DNA from: an uncultured Gammaproteobacteria bacterium
GTDB lineage: Bacteria; Patescibacteriota; Patescibacteriia; Magasanikbacterales; GWA2-37-8
NCBI GenBank assembly: GCA_964596525.1
Contig: CAZQUL010000001.1
Coordinates: forward strand, 678,509 to 742,508
Length of the DNA: 64,000 nucleotides
Direction: 5' to 3'
Below the pieces are notes generated by a model. It saw only the letters and a program-made list of their open reading frames with translations, made no database searches and was not told where the DNA came from. Of the stretch, positions 38,366 through 47,918 are shown in pieces. The position numbers and the translations under genes are program-made. Within the stretch, counting starts at the first letter, position 1. Each line of letters begins with the position of its first letter.

Positions 38366-38425
38366 AAAGGCCTACCCACGGCCTTTTTTATATGTAAAGA
38401 CCGACGATGAAGCGTCGGTCGGGGT

Positions 38426-38749
38426 TTAGCGCTTGTGGTGGGCGAAGGAAATGATGGTCACCGTGCCGTTACGCTTGATGGTGCCTTTGATAAGCACGGC
38501 GAGCCGGTTGCATGTTATTGATTGGCAAGTGCATGTGCAGGCTAGGTTACCAATTTCGACCGTCGCGTTGTCATCAGTGCGCAGCATTGCGGCGATGTGA
38601 GAGAATCGTCTGGTTGTCTCCGGGGTGCGCACGGGGGTAGCGTGGTGAGGTTCCAGTGCCCGGGTAATCATGTTTTCAACACTGCGCTCGTAAAGTGCCT
38701 CGCGCGGGAGGGGGGTGGTGGCCGGTGCTTGATTCTTCTTGGGGCGCAT
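38426..38749 (-). CDS. Orphan hypothetical protein
   Basis: AAGGAG SD before MRPKK; lies directly downstream of the GT4 gene. Confidence 0.6.
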   Translation of the reverse strand: MRPKKNQAPATTPLPREALYERSVENMITRALEPHHATPVRTPETTRRFSHIAAMLRTDDNATVEIGNLACTCTCQSITCNRLAVLIKGTIKRNGTVTIISFAHHKR

Positions 38750-38763
38750 TGTTTCTCCTTGGG

Positions 38764-39924
38764 TTAGCGGTGCACAGGGGCGGTTCGTGCAGTAGAAAGA
38801 GCCTGGGCGCGCGCGTACAGAGCGGTTGTTTCGCGGGCAATGTGGTCCCACGTGAATGAACTGACTATGCTTTTGTTATGGTGACTGAAATTGGCCGATT
38901 CAGTTTTGTTACCCAGATGCCAAGCAAGTACGCGAGCTAGGTCTGCCGGGTCAGCGACATTAAATTGGCAGCGGGGGTTCATAACAATTTCTTGCAGTTC
39001 GGGGATAGCGGAGACAAGTACGGTTTTACCATGCGCCATGGCTTCAAGCACGGCAAGCGGCATTCCTTCATTAGCCGAGGGGTGGACATTTAAAACGGCA
39101 TGCTGATATAACTCGTGCAATGCGCTGGTGTCGAGCCAGCCGGTGAAGACGATGTCCTGTTCCGTCTCAGCCATTCTTTTGAGTTCGGCTACGTAGGTGT
39201 CGGTAAAAAAACCGTCGCCGACGATGACCACCTTAAGGCCGCGCAGTAGTTCGGATTGGTTTTGTTTGAGCAGTTTCCAGGCTGTAATAAGATCGTGAGC
39301 GCCCTTGTGGCGGATGAGCCGAGCGACCATGAGGATGTAGGTGCCTGGTTCGAGACCAAAACGTTCGAGCGTTGCAGTGCTGGTTGTTGGCACAATCGTA
39401 ACACCATTTGGGATATAGGTGGTTTCAACATTAAATTCGTTGCGGCAGTAAGCGTGTAGTGTTTTGGAAACGACGATGGTTTGATGTGCCCAATGGCACG
39501 CCGCCCACTCGCCAAGGCGAAGCATGGTGCGGGCGATCCAGCTCCATTTTTGGTGATAACGGTCGATGCAGTGGAAAGTTATGATAACGCGGGCTGAAGG
39601 AGCAAAAAGCCGCGGTATCCAAGCAAGAAGCGCCGGACCGACACCGTGGAAATGGTAAATATCGACACGCTCTTTGAGCGCGTTAAGAACGCTTAAAAGG
39701 GTGTGAGTTATCGCGTCGAAATTTTTGGTTTTAAGGCTCCGAGTAGTAATGACGCGGATGCCAGATGCTTCGCTTAAGGTTTGTGCAGGTGTATACCAAG
39801 ATCGGGAATATACCAAAATTTCGTGTCCTTGGGTGGCGAGGGCACGACTTAGCTCTTCAACGTGGCGTTCAATGCCACCGAAGCGAGCAGGAAAACCTTT
39901 TTGTCCGATCATGGCGATGCGCAT
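38764..39924 (-). CDS. Glycosyltransferase family 4
   Basis: MRIAMIGQKGFPARFGGIERHVEEL; EGMPLAVLEAM (Ex7E). Confidence 0.94.
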   Translation of the reverse strand: MRIAMIGQKGFPARFGGIERHVEELSRALATQGHEILVYSRSWYTPAQTLSEASGIRVITTRSLKTKNFDAITHTLLSVLNALKERVDIYHFHGVGPALLAWIPRLFAPSARVIITFHCIDRYHQKWSWIARTMLRLGEWAACHWAHQTIVVSKTLHAYCRNEFNVETTYIPNGVTIVPTTSTATLERFGLEPGTYILMVARLIRHKGAHDLITAWKLLKQNQSELLRGLKVVIVGDGFFTDTYVAELKRMAETEQDIVFTGWLDTSALHELYQHAVLNVHPSANEGMPLAVLEAMAHGKTVLVSAIPELQEIVMNPRCQFNVADPADLARVLAWHLGNKTESANFSHHNKSIVSSFTWDHIARETTALYARAQALSTARTAPVHR

Positions 39925-40446
39925 GGGCGTACAATAACGGCTTACCATAGCATTTTCCAGTCTACATGTCAACTAACGTAGGGGGTGTGAAAAGGTCTCG
40001 CGGGTGGTGGAGCGCCTCTTGAGGAGTTAAAAATAGGTTGCAGCGCCTGGAATTTGAAACTGGCTGGTTCCTAGTTTGCAGCCTCTCTCGGTAATGGTGT
40101 AGGCGTTAATAATAGCGTGATATTCACCTTCTCGTCGGATCATAGGAATGTCAGTCTGAAAGAAACGTGGTGCTGAGGGTGCGGAAATAATCGTCACGGT
40201 AATGAATAACGATCTTATTGATGCTGTCGACCTTAAGGAAATAGCTGCCGCTTGTTGCTCGACTAGTATCATGGCCGGCCGCGAGCAGCAATGCAAACGT
40301 TGCTATAACGGACTTTTGCTCGGAATATGCCCTGTGCGGTACGTTTTTTTTGGCTTGCTTAAAGCGGCATGGTCGATTTTTTATACGTATTTTGAACTAA
40401 AAACCTCCCTGCCGAAGCAGCGAGGTTTTTGCTAAAACAATGTCGA

Positions 40447-42087
40447 TTATTGAACGATGAATTTGAAGATGCCCGTATCAACCAACCGCCCACCTTCGCC
40501 CTGGGCATAGATACTGACGTGTATCTTGTATTCACCCTTAACCCAGTTCGCGCCGGTAAAGACCGTCGGCGAAAGAGTCATAGTAGTCCCGGGGGTAACC
40601 GTGAAGGTGGCGTTCGTCCTGGATACTAAAGCGCCTTTGGGGTTGGTAATGTAGCGTTCGATGCGCAGTGGGCCGCTGTAGAGGCGCTGGTTTTTCTTAT
40701 CCATGTAATTGCTCTTCACTGAATAGCGGAAGAAGAAGAGGTTACCGGCCTTAATCGTCATGCCGTTTTGGAGGCTGTACGAGATATTTGAGGGTGGAAT
40801 GTAGTTTGAGCCAATCAATTGCACCTCGTTGGAGCTCGGGCCGACGTTTTTGTCGGCGCTAATGGCGGCCACGAAGTATTTATAGGAACGATCTGGGATG
40901 GCCAGGTATTCACTATGGGTGGTTTGCTCCGTTTCTTTAACAAGGACAGCTTGCGCGCCATCGTTACCAACACGACGATAGAGGCGATAGGCGGCTGCGC
41001 CAGGAATTGCATTCCAGCTTAATTCACCGCTGTACATCGAAGTGAGTTTGCCGGTGAGTGTGGGCGCAGTAAGTGTCGCTCCAGGAGAAACGCTTACTTC
41101 GGCTGAGCTTTGACCGCTTTCACCTTGGGCGTTTTCAGCGCGTACGTAGTACGTGTATGTCGTGCCAGCCGTAAGTCCGCTGTCGGCAAAAGAAGGTGAT
41201 GTTACTTTTCCGACAATCGCGTAGCTCGAACCATCCGGGGCGCGACGGTGAACCGTGTAGGCACTCGCACCAGAAACTGCTGTCCAGTTAAGCCGGATGC
41301 TTGTCAGTGAGGTGATTGAGGCAGAAAGGCCGGTTACCGGACCGGGCACTGCTGCCGGAGGTGGAATGTTGATGGTCGTCGGGGCGGGTGGTAAGACCGG
41401 TGTCGAAAGGGCGAGGTAGGCAGTGCTACGGGTGGTGCCGTCATTTTTGCGTGCCGTTACATAGTAGGTGTATGTGGCGCCGTCAGACAAGCCGGTGTCA
41501 TCATAGTAACTCTGGATCGTGTTGGTGCTGCTATAAATTTTGGTGAACGTGCCACCAGAAGGAGCACGGTACACATCGTATCCCGCAATGTCCTGGAGAG
41601 CCGACCAGCTTACGTGAAGTGATGTGGGGGAGTTATGATGGCCGTTGATTACGAAGATCGAGGCTTCCTGTGTGGCCGAAACCATCGGCGAATTACTGCT
41701 TTCAAGACTACCGTTTAAGGCCGCAATCTTGTAGTTATATTTTTTATTTTCGGCAACCGAGTAGTCATCATAAAAAAGCTGTGTTCCCGGTGTCCAGATG
41801 ACTGGGCTTTGGCTGGCAAAATCCATGTCACTGCCTTCGGTGCGATAGACGACGTAGTTTTGCACGGTGCCGGTTTCTGAAGCGTCCCAGCTCACGGTAA
41901 TGCGGCCCGGGATGTTCATCGTGATGCGGGGGTTGCGCGGAGCGCTTGGGGTGCCCATCATCATGTCGCCCATTTCTTTGGCGAAAACGAATGTCGGCGT
42001 TGTCGCCGTGGCGAGGAGGCTCAGAATGCCAACGGCGGTGAAACTGAGCCGGTGGAGAGTCCGAGAATTCTCTGAGGAGAGTGCCAT
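40447..42087 (-). CDS. Secreted fibronectin type III repeat protein
   Basis: Signal peptide; four FN3-type repeats (xSW...YxVYR...YxYYVxA). Confidence 0.88.
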   Translation of the reverse strand: MALSSENSRTLHRLSFTAVGILSLLATATTPTFVFAKEMGDMMMGTPSAPRNPRITMNIPGRITVSWDASETGTVQNYVVYRTEGSDMDFASQSPVIWTPGTQLFYDDYSVAENKKYNYKIAALNGSLESSNSPMVSATQEASIFVINGHHNSPTSLHVSWSALQDIAGYDVYRAPSGGTFTKIYSSTNTIQSYYDDTGLSDGATYTYYVTARKNDGTTRSTAYLALSTPVLPPAPTTINIPPPAAVPGPVTGLSASITSLTSIRLNWTAVSGASAYTVHRRAPDGSSYAIVGKVTSPSFADSGLTAGTTYTYYVRAENAQGESGQSSAEVSVSPGATLTAPTLTGKLTSMYSGELSWNAIPGAAAYRLYRRVGNDGAQAVLVKETEQTTHSEYLAIPDRSYKYFVAAISADKNVGPSSNEVQLIGSNYIPPSNISYSLQNGMTIKAGNLFFFRYSVKSNYMDKKNQRLYSGPLRIERYITNPKGALVSRTNATFTVTPGTTMTLSPTVFTGANWVKGEYKIHVSIYAQGEGGRLVDTGIFKFIVQ

Positions 42088-42225
42088 AGAGGATTAGATA
42101 AAAGTAATTAGTTAAGAATAGTATAACACATTTGTTCCTATTTCACTTAAAAATTCGCACTGTATATAAAACCAAAACCACCCTGCGCATGCGGGGTGGT
42201 TTGTTGAGCGTCTTGGCGTAGAGGA

Positions 42226-43914
42226 TTATTCGACTTTGAACCCAATTGTTTTGCTGTCGATGAAGCGTCCATTTTCTTGGAGGGCGTAGACATTGATCAC
42301 CATTTTATAGTCTCCTTTCATCCAACCAGAATTGGTAATGACGGTCGGGGTAGAGTTGAACACGTCGCCATATTTTCCGTTCCAGATCGCGCTCGTACGA
42401 AATATGGTGGTACCTCTAGGATTAATAATCGAGCGTTCGATGCGGAAGTTTCCCTTGTACGGGTACAGGCTTCTTGTGTCCAAGTAACCACTCTTGACTG
42501 AGTAGCGGAAGTTAAAGGCGTTGCCCGGTTTGATTCTGACGTTGTCCATGCCGTTCACGGTGATCTGCGACGGGGCGACATAGCTGTCACCTAAGAGTAC
42601 GACTTCGTTTGAGTTTAGACTCGGTTTATCATCGGCACCGTATGCAACTACATAATAGTAATAGGGACGATCTGGGATGAACAGACCTTCGTTAAAAGTA
42701 GTTTCTGTTCCTCCGTACAGTACGTTTGGGGGGCTGTCTTTACTATGGCGGCTAAAGAGGGAGTAAGAGACGGCGCCAGGGACCGCGTTCCAGCTCAACA
42801 CGGCCGAAGCTTTTGAGGTAAGTTTGCCGGTCAGTTGGGGTGCGGCGACTGAAGCGACCTGCACAGGGCTGACCTCGGCCGATCTTTGACCGCTGTCAGA
42901 GCTAACATAGTATGAGTAGGCGGTACCTGGGGTAAACGCAGCATCGACGAAATTGGTCCTAAGGAAGTAGCTTGATAATGTACTGATGACTACAGGGGTG
43001 GGGCTACCTGCAGCACGACGGTATACAGTGTAAGCGGTAGCTCCAGGAACGCTGGTCCAGCTCAGCTGGACGATCGTCGGTGACATGACTATCGCGGAAA
43101 GTTGAATCGCAGCTCCCGGAGCGCTGGTTGTTGGGGTTGAGAAGGCGGGAAGAATTGAGCTCGATTGCGGGGCTGAGCTAGATTGGGGAGGTGGAGCGGC
43201 TGGGGTTGAAAGCTGGACAACCCCCGCGCTCCGTGTCGTTCCGTCGTTCTTGCGGACTACAACGTAATACGAATAACTTGTCTCGGGCAGCAAATTAATA
43301 TCGTCGTAATAAGCCGGAGTCAGCGTGGTGGTGTCCCAGATTTTGACATATTCGCCGTTGCCGGTAGTCCGATACACGCTGTAACCAGTATAACCCTCCG
43401 TTGCCTGCTGGGCTGTCCAACTTAGGTGGAGTGAGGTGGGAGAGTTGTGGTGGCCGCTGAGCACAAAGATGGACTGCTCTTGGGTTACAGAAACTAATGG
43501 TGAGTTGGAACTCTCGAAACTCCCTTTTTGAGCGGCAATTTTGAAATTGTACGTTTTGTTTTCCGAAATGCCGTATGCATCGTAGTATGTTTGGGTTCCT
43601 GGGGTAAAAATATTCGCTGAGACATTGGTGAAGTCGGTGTTTCCAGCTCCTTCAGTCATGTATACCGCGTAATATTCTGGAACTCCTGTTTCCGGAGCGT
43701 CCCAGGCGATGCTGATGCGGCCTGGAACGTTCATGGTAACGCGCGGGTTGCGCGGCGCGCTGGGTGCGCCCATGGAGACGGAATCCCCCATTTCTTTGGC
43801 GTACGTAGCGGAAGGGAGACTGAGCGGTAGGGTGAGACCGATTAGTCCAACTCCGATAACGAGCAGTCCTCCTAAGCGGTAGGAAACAGCTCGGTATGCA
43901 ACCGAGTGTGTCAT
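42226..43914 (-). CDS. Secreted fibronectin type III repeat protein (tandem paralog)
   Basis: Collinear with 40447-42087 (AKEMGD, PSAPRNPR, GHHNSPTSLH, RKNDGTTRS). Confidence 0.88.
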   Translation of the reverse strand: MTHSVAYRAVSYRLGGLLVIGVGLIGLTLPLSLPSATYAKEMGDSVSMGAPSAPRNPRVTMNVPGRISIAWDAPETGVPEYYAVYMTEGAGNTDFTNVSANIFTPGTQTYYDAYGISENKTYNFKIAAQKGSFESSNSPLVSVTQEQSIFVLSGHHNSPTSLHLSWTAQQATEGYTGYSVYRTTGNGEYVKIWDTTTLTPAYYDDINLLPETSYSYYVVVRKNDGTTRSAGVVQLSTPAAPPPQSSSAPQSSSILPAFSTPTTSAPGAAIQLSAIVMSPTIVQLSWTSVPGATAYTVYRRAAGSPTPVVISTLSSYFLRTNFVDAAFTPGTAYSYYVSSDSGQRSAEVSPVQVASVAAPQLTGKLTSKASAVLSWNAVPGAVSYSLFSRHSKDSPPNVLYGGTETTFNEGLFIPDRPYYYYVVAYGADDKPSLNSNEVVLLGDSYVAPSQITVNGMDNVRIKPGNAFNFRYSVKSGYLDTRSLYPYKGNFRIERSIINPRGTTIFRTSAIWNGKYGDVFNSTPTVITNSGWMKGDYKMVINVYALQENGRFIDSKTIGFKVE

Positions 43915-44049
43915 AGAAAAAAATAACGTAAGTAAATTAGTATAGTATACCATATCTTTCTCGGATGTTATGCGAATAGTCGTGCCAAAACCTTGTTTTT
44001 TGACGAGTAGTGTGGTAACGTCTCTAACAATCTACCTAAGGAGAGGAAC

Positions 44050-44745
44050 GTGACCGCGATTATCGGAAACGTGGTAGTTGATGGTAAAAACTACGGAGTA
44101 AAAGTCGTAAAAGAGGCAAAAAATCCTCATAATCTTGCCGCTAGCTGCAGCTGCCTCGAGCGCCTTAAAGAAGGCGGGCGGGAACGTGAAAAAAACACCG
44201 GTTTTCTGCCGGTCGATCCGCCGCCGGGGAGTGAACCGGGAAGTGCCGGGTACGTCTGCCTCGGTTGTCGGACCTTCTTTTGCCCAGCGGGCTGGGTGGA
44301 ACGGCTGTTTGTCCCTCTTAACACCACGATTATCGGAAATGTAGTAATCGACGGCAAGAAGTACGGAATCAGTGTTGTTGCAGAGACCAAAGAGCCTTAT
44401 TACCTGGCTGCTGTCTGCCGATGTTTTAAAGGAATCGATCAACGAGATCGACATGGGGAAAACACCGGTTTTCTGCCGGTCGATCCGCCGCCGGGGAGTG
44501 AACCGGGAAGTGCCGGGTACGTCTGCCTCGGTTGTCGGACCTTCTTTTGTCCGATCGGAATGACAGGGCAATTGTTCGCACCACTCAACGCCCAAGAGAC
44601 CCCTCCTTCGCCCCATCCGTCACCGGAGGTGATCGAAGAGATGAAGCGTCGGATGCGTGAAGACGGCATCAGCGAGCGTAGTTTCGCCGAGATGAACAAT
44701 CTGATTCATCGCCGCCGACGGCGCCATCGTCACGAGGAAGGCTGA
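44050..44745 (+). CDS. Orphan protein made of two tandem Cys-rich (putative Zn-binding) domains
   Basis: AAGGAG SD + GTG; ~89-aa unit with CxC...CLGC...C, present twice. Confidence 0.65.
   Translation: MTAIIGNVVVDGKNYGVKVVKEAKNPHNLAASCSCLERLKEGGREREKNTGFLPVDPPPGSEPGSAGYVCLGCRTFFCPAGWVERLFVPLNTTIIGNVVIDGKKYGISVVAETKEPYYLAAVCRCFKGIDQRDRHGENTGFLPVDPPPGSEPGSAGYVCLGCRTFFCPIGMTGQLFAPLNAQETPPSPHPSPEVIEEMKRRMREDGISERSFAEMNNLIHRRRRRHRHEEG
44192..44549 (+). repeat. Exact 91-bp direct repeat (44192-44282 and 44459-44549)
   Basis: Direct base-by-base comparison; period 267 nt. Confidence 0.9.
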
Positions 44746-44829
44746 GCACTCTTCCTCCTTACAAGTCCTGGCTCGCGCTGTGCAGCCCGGACTTTTTAAA
44801 TACCTGCATTCTCGTTATACTACCTAACT

Positions 44830-45849
44830 ATGGTAGTACGTCGTTTTTGGTTTTTTATTCTTGGTTTGGCGGCGTTTGTCGGGTGTGTTGTCGCTGCTTT
44901 TTGCTGGTCGGCACGCCCGGCGAGCGTTCCTCTGTATGGTTTTACCTTCAGTCCGGGATATGCTGCCTGGCTGGGTTATGATTCTGTCGTTTTATTTGAG
45001 CGCATCCTAAATGACATGCCGTTTACGTTGGTGCGCATTCCCGTACCGTGGAGCGAGGTGGAGAAAGTACGCGGATCTTTTTCGTTCGAGCAGTATGATG
45101 CCCTTTTGGCAATCGCCGAGCAGTATAACGTCCGTGTACTTCTCGCGCTCGGACAAAAAGTACCGCGCTGGCCTGAGTGCCATATTCCCGCATGGGCAGA
45201 AGATGTAGCGATGGAGGACTATCGTAGAGCTGTTATGAATTACATCGAAACCGCGGTGCGGCATTTTAAAACTGCATCGTCCGTCGAAGCGTGGCAAATC
45301 GAAAACGAAGCATACGTGCCGTTTGGCGCGTGCGACAGCTTGGTAACTAACATCATTCCTGAAGAAATCGAACGCGTGCGCACGCTCGACGGCCGCCCAA
45401 TAGTCGTGGCTGATAGCGGCGAGTTGTCGCTCTGGCACAGATCTTCGCGGCTCTCGGGCGATTATTTCGGCACGACGCTCTACCGCAGTGTTTGGAATCG
45501 CTATCTTGGGTACTTCACCTATTGGTTTATTCCACCTTTTGCATATCGTGCGCGTGCCCAATGGAATGGCATAGATGCCACTCGTCTCTGGCTCGTCGAA
45601 TTTCAGGCCGAACCCTGGCTTTCCGCCGGTGATCTGCACTCTGCAACGCTCGAGGAACAGCTTAGGACTATGAATCCAAGCATTCTTGCCAACAATCTTG
45701 CGTTTGCACACCGGGTCGGATTTTCGCGTATCTATGCCTGGGGTGTGGAGTGGTGGTACTATCTTGCAGACAACAAAGGTGACCATAGTATGATCGAAAC
45801 AGGGCAGCACCTCTTTTCTTCTCCAGTGATTCCCCAGGTAGGGGATTGA
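44830..45849 (+). CDS. Membrane-anchored clan GH-A glycoside hydrolase (GH5/GH42-like)
   Basis: VRIPVPWSEVE, WQIENE (acid/base), VEFQAEPW (nucleophile), WGVEWW. Confidence 0.8.
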   Translation: MVVRRFWFFILGLAAFVGCVVAAFCWSARPASVPLYGFTFSPGYAAWLGYDSVVLFERILNDMPFTLVRIPVPWSEVEKVRGSFSFEQYDALLAIAEQYNVRVLLALGQKVPRWPECHIPAWAEDVAMEDYRRAVMNYIETAVRHFKTASSVEAWQIENEAYVPFGACDSLVTNIIPEEIERVRTLDGRPIVVADSGELSLWHRSSRLSGDYFGTTLYRSVWNRYLGYFTYWFIPPFAYRARAQWNGIDATRLWLVEFQAEPWLSAGDLHSATLEEQLRTMNPSILANNLAFAHRVGFSRIYAWGVEWWYYLADNKGDHSMIETGQHLFSSPVIPQVGD

Positions 45850-45885
45850 CGTGGTGCGCAAGGTTGAGTAGTATGTGAACACTAT

Positions 45886-45959
45886 GGACGCCTAGCTCAG
45901 TTGGTTAGAGCATCTCGTTTACACCGAGAGGGTCAGGGGTTCGAATCCCTTGGCGTCCA
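45886..45959 (+). tRNA. tRNA-Val (TAC)
   Basis: Acceptor GGACGCC/GGCGTCC, D-arm, anticodon arm TCTCG-TTTACAC-CGAGA, GTTCGAATC T-loop; CCA not encoded; TTGACG-17-TAGTAT upstream. Confidence 0.97.
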
Positions 45960-45996
45960 CACCGTATAATCAAAGCCGGTTTTTTATTTGCGCCGG

Positions 45997-47772
45997 TTAG
46001 ACAGCTGCTGTGGAAGGCGGCTTTTGTTCTAGTTGGCTGATCTCGGTAAACCGGCCTTGTTTATCAACGAAGAACCCCATGTCTCCGCCGGAAATGTATG
46101 ATTCTGCTTCAAGCTCGAACATGAGTTTCCCTGTAAGACCACCGGCGTCCTGGATCCGTTTAAGCCATGTTTTTTCCGTTAGGGCACGGCTTCCACTCTT
46201 AGGTAAATTTTCATCGGCAAAGGTGAGGGTCGGACTGTCCTCGCCGCTTGATGTAATGATGGTGGGAAGTCCGATATCAGCACTATCGATACCGATTATT
46301 TTTTCAAGTCCCATGCGCGAATACTGACCCTTGATCGCGGATGCGATCTGGCGGCTCAGATTATGACTCTTGCAGCCGTCAATGAATACAGTCATTTGTT
46401 TTAGACTGTCTTTACCGGCCGTCACTCCCTTTTCTTGAACCTCTTTTAAAAGACGATTAACAAAAGCTAGCGCTATCCCATCGTATTTGAGCGTTGTCGG
46501 GTGTCGGATGTCGTGCGCGTCAATAACGAGTTCTTGCGGTCCGGCATGAGTGGCGATATGTATGTAGGTAGATCCACTGCTCCCTTCGATGCTTTTAAGA
46601 AGCAGATCGCCAGCATTCGTTTTGGTCTTGTCTTTGACGCGACTTGTTTCAATAAACGTAATCCGAGGATCTTTGGCATTTTCTTCTACGCCCATTGCGA
46701 CTTTAGTCATCTTCACTATTTCCTTGCCCTTGAACGTTTCCGCTGCCCCTTTTTCTGCGCCGTAGCTGAAGACGATTACGTGCTTGGTGTCTGGGCCGAG
46801 GATCTTTTTTTTACTCAGCTCCTGCCGTTCTTTAATGAGCTCGCCCAGTTTCTTTTCGGCTTCGGCAGACGTGATGTCGAGGGTCGTGCCGATGGTTGCT
46901 TTAAGCAAAGAAAATGCCCCGGCAACGGATACGTCGGCCGAAGAAAGCTTTTCGCGGATACTTGCTTTATTGAGAAGGCGATTGAATACTTTTTGCCGTT
47001 CGGGGTTGGCCCAGCCGCTCCTTGTCTGAAGATATTTTTCTCTCAATTCCTGAACCTCTCTCGGAAGCTGCACTGCTCGCTCAGGACTTAAATCCGCCAA
47101 TTGGCGCACAGACATGTCGGTTTTATTTCCCAGCCCGACTTTAAAATTTTCTTCAAGTATTGCCCGGGCATCTTCTTCATCTTCGGGCGACCATACTGAT
47201 TCGCTTTTAAGCTGCCGTAATTCTGCTTGGACGATATTTCTGCGGATTCCTTTGGGGGCGTTTTCGAGTTCTTCTTCTAACAATCCTACCTGTTTGATGC
47301 GTGGCTCGATATCTTCAGGTGCTGCGGAAAGAGGGAGGGCATCCTGTGCTTTCAGGCTCAAGCGACGGACCGGATCAGTCTCGTTCCAGCGACGATCGCG
47401 GCTTTCGTCTGCTTTGTTCGTTTCTTTCCCCAGCTGTGAACTACTTTCTTGCCGAGCCGTATCTGTTTTTTGTATGTATGCCGCGCCGCTACCGACGGCA
47501 CTTAAAAGACCGATACCGGCTAATAAGTTGCGAGCTGAATTAAAAAGTCCTTTTTTTGGAGGTCGATTTTTGGAGCGCTGCTCGACGGCGATGAATTTTT
47601 CGCTTGGTGTATCCTCGATCATTTCGAGAACTTTTTCGTCAGCTGGAAACGTGTCTGAGCGCGATAATTCATCCATGATGTCGGTAGCCGAAGTGCCAGA
47701 TTGTTCATACTGGACACGGATTTTTTCTCCGTTTTGCTTAGAACTTTCCCCACCTTTTTTTTCTTGAGACAT
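45997..47772 (-). CDS. Hypothetical protein (charged N-terminus, one hydrophobic segment, alpha/beta C-terminal domain)
   Basis: 591-aa ORF; THAG and DGC motifs weakly suggest a caspase/CHAT-like His-Cys dyad. Confidence 0.7.
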   Translation of the reverse strand: MSQEKKGGESSKQNGEKIRVQYEQSGTSATDIMDELSRSDTFPADEKVLEMIEDTPSEKFIAVEQRSKNRPPKKGLFNSARNLLAGIGLLSAVGSGAAYIQKTDTARQESSSQLGKETNKADESRDRRWNETDPVRRLSLKAQDALPLSAAPEDIEPRIKQVGLLEEELENAPKGIRRNIVQAELRQLKSESVWSPEDEEDARAILEENFKVGLGNKTDMSVRQLADLSPERAVQLPREVQELREKYLQTRSGWANPERQKVFNRLLNKASIREKLSSADVSVAGAFSLLKATIGTTLDITSAEAEKKLGELIKERQELSKKKILGPDTKHVIVFSYGAEKGAAETFKGKEIVKMTKVAMGVEENAKDPRITFIETSRVKDKTKTNAGDLLLKSIEGSSGSTYIHIATHAGPQELVIDAHDIRHPTTLKYDGIALAFVNRLLKEVQEKGVTAGKDSLKQMTVFIDGCKSHNLSRQIASAIKGQYSRMGLEKIIGIDSADIGLPTIITSSGEDSPTLTFADENLPKSGSRALTEKTWLKRIQDAGGLTGKLMFELEAESYISGGDMGFFVDKQGRFTEISQLEQKPPSTAAV

Positions 47773-47918
47773 ATTTTTTTAAGGTTGAAAAACTATTCTA
47801 CTACTATAACATATTGAGGCGAGGATAGACGTTTGGGTTGGTCAATATGGCAATCAAGCTGTTTTGTATGCAGTGTGTTACAATGAGTAAAGGAATATTT
47901 CATCATCAATTTTTTCGT

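Noticed and set aside
22590-38760. Integron cassette array or prophage
   Set aside because: No integrase or phage structural genes, no recognisable attC sites, genes lie on both strands, and housekeeping genes are interspersed.
40027-40435. Short ORFs between the GT4 and FN3 genes
   Set aside because: No convincing start, SD or motif; possibly a gene remnant, but this cannot be supported.
44050-44600. Possible DGR template/variable repeat pair
   Set aside because: Differences are not adenine-specific, the core block is identical, and no reverse transcriptase is present in the window.
45886-47800. tRNA-Val as an integration site
   Set aside because: No duplicate of the tRNA 3' end and no integrase seen in the window.
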